64,000 nt of DNA from Eledone cirrhosa. Taxonomy: Eukaryota. The notes under the pieces were generated by a model. It saw only the letters and a program-made list of their open reading frames with translations, did no database searches and had not been told where the DNA came from. This document shows positions 1-10,365 of this stretch, piece after piece (within the stretch, counting starts at the first letter, position 1; each line of letters begins with the position of its first letter). A program made the position numbers and the translations under genes. The stretch is taken from contig OZ024754.1 in NCBI GenBank assembly GCA_964016885.1, positions 43,896,001 through 43,960,000 of the forward strand, given 5' to 3'.

Positions 1-171
1 TGTGTATGTTCTGGCTATGATAACGGAGACATTAAATTATTTGACCTGAAAACAATGTCCTTGCGATGGGAAACCAACATTAAGAACGGGGTATGTCTGC
101 ATAATTTTATTTTTATATATATTAATTGTACAGAAACATATGTAAATAAGCTGTAGGCCTCTGGCCCATCT

Positions 172-895
172 CAAATAAAGGTACTTATGTTGTACCTCTT
201 CCTGATAGCTGAGATATAGGTACTTATGTTGTACCTCATCCTGATAGCTGGGATATAGGTACTTATGCTGTACCTCATCCTGATAGCTGAGATATAGGTA
301 CTTTTGTTGTACCTCATCCTGATAGCTGGGATATAGGTACTTTTGTTGTACCTCATCCTGATAGCTGGGATATAGGTACTTATGTTGTACCTCATCCTGA
401 TAGCTGAGATATAGGTACTTATGTTGTACCTCATCCTGATAGCTGAGATATAGGTACTTTTGTTGTACCTCATCCTGATAGCTGGGATATAGGTACTTAT
501 GTTGTACCTCATCCTGATAGCTGGGATATAGGTACTTTTGTTGTACCTCATCCTGATAGCTGAGATATAGGTACTTATGTTGTACCTCATCCTGATAGCT
601 GAGATATAGGTACTTTTGTTGTACCTCATCCTGATAGCTGGGATATAGGTACTTATGTTGTACCTCATCCTGATAGCTGGGATATAGGTACTTATGTTGT
701 ACCTCATCCTGAAAGCTGGGGTATAGGTACTTATGTTGTACCTCATCCTGAAAGCTGGGATATAGGTACTTGTACTTCACCCTGACAGCTGGGATATAGG
801 TACTTGTACTTCACCCTGACAGCTGGGATATAGGTACTTGTACTTCACCCTGACAGCTGGAATATAGGTACTTGTACTTCACCCTGACAGCTGTA
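172..895. repeat. 39-bp minisatellite (ending in 33-bp variants) in WDR92 intron
   Basis: Unit GTACTTATGTTGTACCTCATCCTGATAGCTGGGATATAG; explains ORFs 37-780 and 171-746. Confidence 0.95.
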
Positions 896-1274
896 TAAAC
901 TAAGGACTATGGAATAGAAAGAACCACATACAGACAGTGAAACAATTGCAGCGGGATTGAATGGACAGGCTAATACATATTTAGTTTGTTTCTTCAGAAG
1001 AAAATATAAAGTGGAACTAAAGTTGAGGGGGTGATTAAACTGTGGAGGCCAATAGTTTGAAAAGTCTACATTATCAGAGATCTCATTATTACAATAGGTA
1101 CACCATATCTCTGATAATGTAGACCTTTATTTTCAATAATTGTTAAACTGTTAATACTACAGTAGTGTCAATATATACATTTAATCTGATCTGATAATAT
1201 TGTAAAACTCTGTTAGGGGACATATAATGACCCCTTAAACTCTAAAATCTGTTATTTCTGTGTTTATTTAACAG

Positions 1275-2333
1275 GTGTGTTCTCTGGAGTTTGATAGAAA
1301 AGACATCAACATGAACAAACTTGTTGCTACAACTCTTGAATCAAAGTTTCATGTTTATGATATGAGAACCCAACACACAACCAAGGGTTTTGCATCGGTG
1401 ACAGAAAAAGTAAGATTCAAACAAATATCACCTTTCATTATATTCCACAACCTGTCAAATCTTATTGTTTATTATTCCAGCTTGTATATTGTGGCACAAG
1501 CACAGTATATTATCCTGACACAAGCACTATGGATGTTGTGATATGTTGTGATATTGTGACACAACTGATGATGATGATGTGTACAATATTTTAACTCCTG
1601 TTTTTTTCTTTTAATTTCTCAATTGTACAGGCTGCTCATAAATCTACAATTTGGTCAGTACGCCATCTTCCCCAGAATCGAGATGTTTTTATGACAATGG
1701 GCGGCAATGGTTCTGTAAATCTTTGGAAATAGTAAGTAAAATTATTTCTCTATATTTTATATTCAATATCCTTTGAAATTAAGACTTTTTTAAAAAGTTT
1801 AATTTATTCAGCCTTTAGATAATTTTAGGGAGAGCAGAGAAAATGTTTTATCATATTTGTTTATGCTCACCTTCTGAGGTCCCCAACAACCTCAGTCCAA
1901 TGAATGAAACCTCTAATTGAATAAGGAGAAAGAAGTATCTTGCGGAAGGCCACACATTGTTCCTTTCCTTGACATCAATATGAATGGCCAGTTTAAACAG
2001 AAAGAGGTGAGAGAATCCTGGCCGGTTTAAATGTTAAACAATGATGATTCTTTTCAAAATATTTTCCTTAGTTTCTACTACAGTCTTTATTATTCTAATA
2101 AGTTATTACTGTTGTTTTTCTTCAGTGACTACCCTACAAAACGCGTTACTAAAGATCCTGATGGAAAAGATATGGGTGTTACTGGTAAAATGGATTTATT
2201 GCAGAATATAACTATTTCTACACAACCTATAGTGACTTTGGACTGGAATACTGATAAAGCTGGCCTCTGTGTTTGTGCATCTTTTGACCAAACTGTTCGT
2301 GTCCTTATTGTTACCAAGTTAAACAGACTCTAA
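1275..2333 (+). CDS. WDR92: WD repeat protein 92 / dynein axonemal assembly factor 10, last three coding exons (5' part outside window)
   Basis: GT-AG exons 1275-1409, 1631-1731, 2126-2333 splice in frame: [34 protein letters not shown]...[24 protein letters not shown]...[44 protein letters not shown]. This matches the recognisable WDR92 C-terminus. Confidence 0.95.
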
Positions 2334-3036
2334 ATTTTACTAAAATATTTTTTATTCCTATTTTAAATAATAAAAGTTTTTTAATTTATTTTTTTTTTAA
2401 ATAATTATTAAAGGTGATGGATCTGTTAAAATCAGATAAAATGCATTGTGGTATTTAGTTACAGCCCTTTATATTCTGAGTTCAAATCCTACAGAGGTCA
2501 ACTTCCGTCGTTTCTGAGGTTGATAAAATAAAGTACCAGTCAAATATTGGGGGTCTATATAATCAATTTTCTTCTACCCCTTAAATCTCAGAAATAAATA
2601 CCAGTGAGATACTGGTTCGATTGAATCAACTAACCTCTCCCAAAACTGTGGTTTCGATCCCATTACTGAAACTTTAAAAGGGTAGTGACCCTTCTGAAGT
2701 TTATTAAAGTATCCGGGGTCAATATAATCAAAATATCTTATATCCATTTTTCCATGCTTGCAAGAGTGGGATGAGTCTTTTCAAGCATCTCTCCATCATC
2801 TTCTCTGTCAGCTTCAGCCATTTGTGAGCAGTTCTCACCAGATCTTCCTTGGTCTTCTACTGCCTTTACCCATCATCATCATCATCATCCATGACATGTC
2901 GATACCAACATAACCTTCTCTCTTACACACACATATATATATATTCAAATGATTAATATGAACTGTTTATTAATTCTAATCCAAAATAATAATTAGAAAA
3001 TAAAAATAAAAAGGGAGAGAGTTAGTCCAGGTTCCA

Positions 3037-6000
3037 TTATCTCATTAATTTGGGTTTCTTTTCTGGAGGAATTTTGGTTCCTGAAGAATTCTGTTTGTCA
3101 TCAGTTTTATCAATTCGATTTTCCACTTTCACTTCTGATCTTTCATCTGAAAAAGCCAAGTAATTGTTATTCAATAATTTCCGCTGCCACAAGCAAAGTA
3201 AAACAACCTACTTAGCAACCCTGTCTATCTGAATTAATTTCCCCCATAAACCTCACACTGTCAACCCCACAAGCAAATCAAACCCCAGTACTACATTTTC
3301 CTGATCACAGGTTGGTATTAGGAAGGGCATACAGCTGTAAAATACCCAGCCAAATTTACAGTCCTCGCTGAAGCAAAGAGCAACATGCCAGACTTGCCTC
3401 CTGGCATGGCCAACCTCTTAACCCAACAAGCATGGAAGGATGGACACTAAACGGCAATGATGATGATGTTAGGAACTTACCTTAAATCATGAATGGTATA
3501 TAATGGTAAGTTTTATTTGCTAAGGGATCATTGAAGAAGAAGATATTTTTCAAGAAATTACCTTTTTGATCTGGCTGTGCAGGAGCTGCAAATCTAGGAG
3601 GGAACTTTTTACCAAGTTCAGAAAGTAAGAGATCAACCCGTTGCCGTTGAAATACCGAACTTGGTTCCTCTTTTTTCTTTGTTTCTTTTACTTTGTTTTT
3701 TTCTACAAAAGGAACTAAGAAAGTCATTTAGTAAGTTTACAGAAGGAACAAAATATTGGTTGGTCTTAATTAAAAATTGTTAATATTTAATTTCTATGGA
3801 TTACAACTGAGTTAATAATATTGTGTAAGTTATTGATAGAGATCAATTGATGAGAAAATAATATTGTGTAGGCTATTGATAGAGATCAATAATATTGTGT
3901 AAGTTACCTGTATCTTCTTTATCTTTGAATTCCCACCAATATCCTTTTGATGGATGATACCGAGCATAACTGAGGGCTGCAAAATATGTGGGAAAGATAT
4001 TGGTTATATGTGGGAAAAATATCTGTAATATGTGGAAAATATATCGGTTACATGTGGGATAGATATCAGTTATATGTGGGAAAGATATCAGTTATATGTG
4101 GGAAAGATATCTGTTACATGTGGATGTGGTATCTATTGATGGTTGCTGTTTACAATTAAGATACCTACAATGAGGCTTTTGTAGATTAATCATAAAGTCT
4201 CACCTTCTGTAAAAGCTGACTGCAAACTGTGAACAGTGTTTAACTGGAAGAGAAAGAGAGAAGACCCAGTTATTAGGAACACATGTGGGTTACGTTTATA
4301 CAAGAGGGAGGGTGGAGAAGGAGAGAGATAAGATTGAAATCAACAGTTTTGAGAAATAAATGTGATATTAACCCTTTAGTATTTAAACTGGTTGTATCTA
4401 GCCAGAATTCTCTCACCTCTTTCTATTCAAACCAGCCATAACTGGCTGCTCATACTTATATTAAGGTATGGTTTTCAAAATATATACTATCAAAATCTCG
4501 TAGATTCGATATTATGTGAGAAAATACAATAGTAAATATAGAGTAATGTAAATGCTAAAGGGTTAAATGATAGTATGTATGTATTATGATGTGAAAGGGG
4601 AAAAATAAATACTAATTACCATTCTAGAATTGACCACTGAACCTAAATCTGGTGCCTGGTAAACAATACCAGCACTGATGTAATAGTCAGCAAGAGGTGT
4701 AACTGGAAAGAGAAAGATTTAAAAGATTTGGAATATATAAAGAACAAAACAAAATGGCACCATGATTTTTGGTAATAAGGTTACACAAAAGACCCTTCTC
4801 AAACAAGGAAATCACAGCAATATGTAGATGAGAAATTAATCTTGGGTTGGGGAGTGGCAATGTTGTTTATGTATGACAAAGAATATTTTGATGAGATATT
4901 TACCTTGGGTTGGAGAGTGCCGATGTTGTTTACGTATGACATAGAGTATAGGTTCCTGGACATGGAGAAGCTCATATTCCAAGCCAGTCATTGAGCTGGA
5001 ACGACAAAATTACAGAAATTTCACCAGACGAAGACTTACAGAATCAAAGAAATGAAAATGATAAATAAAATCTACCAAAGAACAACAATATAAATTGAGA
5101 AGATGACACGATAAACAACAGTGTCATATTGTGGTACAAACATGATATATAACTGGTAATCAGTCACATATTGTGGTACAAACATGATATATAACTGGTA
5201 GTCAGTCACATATTGTGGTACAAACATGATATATAACAGGTACAGTAGTCTCATACTGTGGTATAAACATGATATAACTTTTTTTTTATTGACCACAAAT
5301 GGGTTTTGAACTCAGAGCACCAAAACAAATACTACAGAGGTTGATGAAGGAAGGTATTTCTGTGTGAACAAACTTTGTGAAGTATTGGCTAGTTATAGAG
5401 ACAGCCAGAGGTTTTCACTGAAAATAAACATAAAAAGGTAAACAAGAAAAACACTTCACCCCCAAACCAATACAGAAATAGATGAACATAACACCTGTCT
5501 ATGACGAGGATCGAAGTTAGAACTTACCTTAATTGCTCAGGGTTTAAGTGCTGCATTTTCACATTCTCGTTGTTGCATGTTCGATCATAGAAGGGGTTGG
5601 TTCGTTCAGAAAAATAATCCAACACATTGGAGGAATTTAACAATGGAATCCATGCACTGTTTTGCCAGGAGATTCCAAGAGATTCTGAGAAAATAGGAAA
5701 AGTAGAACATCAGTCACTTTTATGGACCTGTAACACCTGATGACTAATATTCTATGGGCTTTTAACACCTGATCACTAATACCCCATGGACCTGTAACAC
5801 CTGGAGTTATAGGGGAACTGAAATAATGTAGGCCATATTTTGGGCATTTTAAACCTGGTAAAGACCATCCCTTCTCCAGGTCTGAACACAGTTAATTTCT
5901 TCCATAGAAGGAGAAAGAGAGTGTGTGTGATAGAGAGGGAGTGAGGAAGAGGGTGTGTGATAGAGGGAGCGAGTGAGGAAGAGGGTGTGTTTGTACATTT

Positions 6001-6308
6001 ATATATATCTCCAAATCTTTAAAATATATATACACAATATATTTCCAATGGTTCTGGCTTCTAATCCTACATTTGTCCCTGTAAATAGTTATTTCTCCAA
6101 AGTTACTCATACAATCCTGTGTCGTATGTAAATAAATACTGAATATTTTATGTAATTATATCCTAGAAATAAATCATTAAAATATCCTTTTTTATCTTTA
6201 ATCAGTTCCACGAGTCAATAATCAACATAAACTATAGGGTTTCTCTTATGCAAGCCATAAATCTATCAAAACACAAATTTCCCCAGTTTATATGATTGTT
6301 CATATAAT

Positions 6309-6343
<35 letters not shown>

Positions 6344-9300
6344 CGATATTAAACAAATGGAAATTACATTTATAAAACCATATTTATTTCATTATATATA
6401 TTTCAGGGATATCATATTAAAAATATGGTATGCCCTCTTCAGATAAAATACAATATATAGACAGCTTTATAAATAAATTTGACATACCTTAGAGTTCACA
6501 ACTTCCATTTAAAAGTTGTTACGGTAGTGAAAATGTTAAGGACGGTTATAAAGAAAGACGGAGAGAAAAAAAGGAAAAAGAAAAAGGAGAAAAGAAAAAG
6601 AAAGAGCGGAAGGTGAAGAAGATGAAGAAATGTATGTAAAGAGAAAATCACCAAATGAGAGATCTATGAGGGAAGGGGGTACTGTAATTATTCATTTGTT
6701 TATTTATTTATTTAGTGTTAAGGATACGGGGAGAAATAAAAACAAAATAAAGAGAGGTAGATCGAGTAATATCTATTATACGAGGTAGGGGAGGGGTGAT
6801 ATACAGGAGATAGAGTTAAAACAGCCGATATAAGAGTAGAAGGGAGGAGGAGAGGAGATATACTTAGAAACAAAAATGATAGTTTTAAAATATTATGCTT
6901 CATCAGTCTATCAATTCCTATGAATTATACTGTAACCATCAATATTCATGAATGAGACACATATCAATAATGTGTGAAAAAATAGTGACTATATGTTTAG
7001 TTTAAAAAAGAATATCTCCTCTGCGCAGAGGTCACATGTCTCAGAGGAGGAATTAAAAGGAATCCCTCTTGAGACTATATTCCAAACCGTCGAATATCCA
7101 ACGTTATCATGTTTAAGTTGCCAGAGTAAGCCTGATAGTGATGTTGAAGATTTTTTGTTTGGATCTGTGAAAGAATTCTTGTGATTATTATAGCAAAGTT
7201 TAAATTGTGTCGAGGTGGAACCAACATAATTAAAAGAATTTAATTCTTTTAATTATGTTGGTTCCACCTCGACACAATTTAAACTTTGCTATAATAATCA
7301 CAAGAATTCTTTCACAGATCCAAACAAAAAATCTTCAACATCACTATCAGGCTTACTCTGGCAACTTAAACATGATAACGTTGGATATTCGACGGTTTGG
7401 AATATAGTCTCAAGAGGGATTCCTTTTAATTCCTCCTCTGCGCAGAGGAGATATTCTTTATATTAAAATCTAAAAATTCCCTTAATTTACGGACCAATTT
7501 ATTCAGTTGCTGCAGACATAGATTGAACTCAACTTTTAAATATAAATATAAGTTTAAAATGTAATATATTTACTTAAGACTTTTAATTATTTTAGAAAAC
7601 TTGGCGATAAATCTTTCGATTCCTTCAATTCTTTAAACCTTCTTCATGAATATATAATTAATAATTGTTTCTACTATTGGCACAAGGCCAGAAAATTACC
7701 CAGTACATTACTGGTACTTTATTTTATCGACCCCGTAAGGATGAATATATAATTAATAATGTAATTAAACTACCTTAAAACGGTGATGATCCAAATCTAT
7801 TGAATAACATTTTTATGCTAGATAAACTTCTAGAATAAATATAAGAGCATCTGTAGAACAACCGAGCATCCTAAAGTTTTTTTTTAATGATTTCTGCTAA
7901 ATAAGTTTGGTGAATAATTTTGGTTTTGTTTGCTTTTGACTCTGATTGCTTCTAATAAACTTGGCAGTATTGTCAAATAAATTGGAGGGATTGATTGATA
8001 TGCTGGGCACACTGTGTTTTTATTACGGCCCTAGATATTCTGGGGAGGAAAATATTCTTGGCGTTTTTAATATTTTTAATATATTGATATCTGTTCTATT
8101 CTATGTTTGTACGATATTCATGTAAGAAAGGGCAAGAATATTATTATTATTAATAATGTATATTTTATGTATATATATATGTATGTACACTTATGTGTAT
8201 GGTAAAATCTTTTTTAACGCAATGAAGAGTTCCATGTGAAATAAAAATTTACAGAGCTGATCATGTAAACTCACATGTGTCTATAATGTCAGTTTGAGAT
8301 AACCTTCTCTTTTTCTTTCTCTTTTCTCTTTTTTCATGAAAATACATATATACCTATGTATTCCAGTATTTTTTTTAAGGTTTTATCTCAGATTTTGATT
8401 ATAAACCTATGAATTTTTTAAACTAAACATATAGTCACTATTTTTTCACACATTATTGATATGTGTCTCATTCATGAATATTGATGGTTACAGTATAATT
8501 CATAGGAATTGATAGACTGATGAAACATAATATTTTAAAACTATCATTTTTGTTTCTAAGTATATCTCCTCTCCTCCTCCCTTCTACTCTTATATCAGCT
8601 GTTTTAACTCTATCTCCTGTATATCACCCCTCCCCTATCTCCCCCACCTCGTATAATAGATATTACTCGATCTACCTCTCTTTATTTTGTTTTTATTTCT
8701 CCCCGTATCCTTAACACTAAATAAATAAATAAACAAATGAATAATTACAGTACCCCCTTCCCTCATAGATCTCTCATTTGGTGATTTTCTCTTTACATAC
8801 ATTTCTTCATCTTCTTCACCTTCCGCTCTTTCTTTTTCTTTTTCCTTTTTTTCTCTCCGTCTTTCTTTCTAACCGTCCTTAACATTTTCACTACCGTAAC
8901 AACTTTTTAAATGGAAGTTGTGAACTCTAAGGTATGTCAAATTTATTTATAAAGCTGTCTATATATTGTATTTTATCTGAAGAGGGCATACCATATTTTT
9001 AATATGATATCCCTGAAATATATATAATGAAATAAATATGGTTTTATAAATGTAATTTCCATTTGTTTAATATCGTAAAATACTCCAAAATCTGTTGAGT
9101 GCTTTTATATCAGTTATAAAATATTTACTCGTTGTAACCCAACATTTTAAATAAAACTTTTGCATATATATATATATGTATGTATATATATACATACATA
9201 TATATATACATATATACACAGGGTGTCCCCAAAAATGTATACACACTTTGATTACCCGTACAGGTAATATTTATTAGAATGCTGTTGATGTGTGTATACA

Positions 9301-9918
9301 TTTTTTGGGGGACATCCTGTATATATGATTTATCAATCCTGGACTCCCAAACTAAAATACATTCTAAGTTATTGCTGGTACTAATACAGTGTAATCTAAG
9401 AATGACAGACATATATATATATAATATAGGAATAGGCTACGTAGCCGGTTCCGGCAAAATAGACAAACATGTCTTTTAAGATTATTTTACCGGTAAACCC
9501 TAAAGGCACGCAACTCTAGCCTCATATATATATTGTCACACAAGAATGTCAGTTATGACCAACATTAGAGTTGGTGTTATTTAACGATGGTTTAAACCGG
9601 TTTTATTTCTTTTATATCGAGGTGGAGAATGTGATGTTGTGATGTTCATCATAGAGTTATTTTTATTATTGTCTTAAGTGAAATAATTTAAATTGATAAT
9701 TTGAGAATATTAATGTAAATATTTCCGGCGTGTTTACATTTGTTTCTTAAATATAAATATAAATATTTTAGGTTCATAGATTAACGTTTACTAAATGGCG
9801 AGGATTATAAATAAAAATATTGTTGATACACTGAGAGATAAATGGAAATTAAAGCAGTTAGCAGCGAATTATATATTTTTATAGAATAAAATATAAAACA
9901 CGAACCTTTCTCAGCCAT
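3037..9918 (-). CDS. MED6: Mediator of RNA polymerase II transcription subunit 6 (8 coding exons)
   Basis: Exons (minus) 9906-9918, 5528-5684, 4904-4995, 4620-4702, 4204-4243, 3908-3976, 3562-3702, 3037-3146, all GT-AG with consistent phases. Translation: [44 protein letters not shown]...[11 protein letters not shown]...[24 protein letters not shown]...[10 protein letters not shown]...[13 protein letters not shown]...[10 protein letters not shown]. The 13-nt first exon was chosen on phase compatibility and is less certain. Confidence 0.95.
4369..4566. mobile_element. piggyBac-like MITE (TTAA|CCCTTTAG...CTAAAGGG|TTAA), multicopy family
   Basis: Terminal inverted repeats with TTAA flanks. Other copies at ~15147-15358, 25776-25977, 27885-28027, 30869-31085, 37351-37845, 44899-45113, 46185-46412, 50221-50430, 51668-51877 and 63326-63410. 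Confidence 0.8.
6385..6450 (-). ncRNA. Candidate minimal type-I hammerhead ribozyme (sense within MED6 pre-mRNA)
   Basis: Exact reverse complement of 8969-9034: stem I UAUUUUAU/AUGAAAUA, core CUGAAGA, long stem II, GAAA, short palindromic stem III, AUA cleavage triplet. Confidence 0.55.
8969..9034 (+). ncRNA. Candidate minimal type-I hammerhead ribozyme
   Basis: TATTTTAT-CTGAAGA-GGGCATACCATATT-TTT-AATATGATATCCCT-GAAA-TATAT-ATA^-ATGAAATA. All core nucleotides are present; stem I has 8 pairs including one G-U. Confidence 0.55.
9219..9319. mobile_element. Tc1/mariner-type MITE (~100 bp)
   Basis: TIR CAGGGTGTCCCCAAAAATGTATACACA / TGTGTATACATTTTTTTGGGGGACATCCTG followed by TA. Confidence 0.75.
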
Positions 9919-10365
9919 TCTTTCGTCTTTCTTCGGGACATACGGTAGAAGTCGGCACTGAATATAATTAATTGGTTATTTCTAGTTTTATTTTATTTTA
10001 TTAAAAAATTACATTTTATTCCGTAATTTAAACAACTTTAATAGAATAATTTATATTTGTTCATATCGATATTCTTATTAAAATATTAATTTTTTTATTG
10101 GGAGCATAAATGTTGTTCTAATTTGTTAATATTACTTGTTTTATTGTATTTAATTGAATGTATATAATAATAAATTACTTTTAAAATTAAACAAAATATT
10201 TCAATAATGAAAATATAAAAGAATGTAGCTTATTATTTAATTCTATTAAAAGTTATAAAAATAATATTTTAACTGCGGGATTGTAATTTCTCTGTTCAAC
10301 TTCCGGCGTTAATCTTCCTACATTTTTTGTTTTGTTCTGAAATTGTTTCAGAAGAGGATTTAAAG
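9919..10365. promoter_or_regulatory. Putative bidirectional promoter MED6/ERH
   Basis: Divergent inferred start codons about 450 bp apart; ETS-like ACTTCCGG near 10299-10306 and DRE-like TATCGATA at 10064-10071. Confidence 0.65.

Larger units (their letters stand above)
6343..9075. repeat. Large inverted-repeat/foldback structure (A-B-B'-C-A') in MED6 intron 1
   Basis: ~6343-7004 is the reverse complement of ~8419-9075 with a few substitutions and indels. 7007-7240 is the reverse complement of 7242-7459 with a 16-bp indel; the centre is at 7241. Confidence 0.92.

Noticed and set aside
37-780. 247-aa and 191-aa repetitive ORFs
   Set aside because: Translations of a 39-bp minisatellite, probably intronic; no splice or homology support.
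6488-6508. Candidate MED6 first exon MEVVNSK
   Set aside because: Phase 0 is incompatible with exon 2, which needs phase 1; 9906-9918 fits instead.
8511-8560. Second CTGATGA in the outer arms as another hammerhead
   Set aside because: No convincing stem II, and AAAA in place of GAAA.
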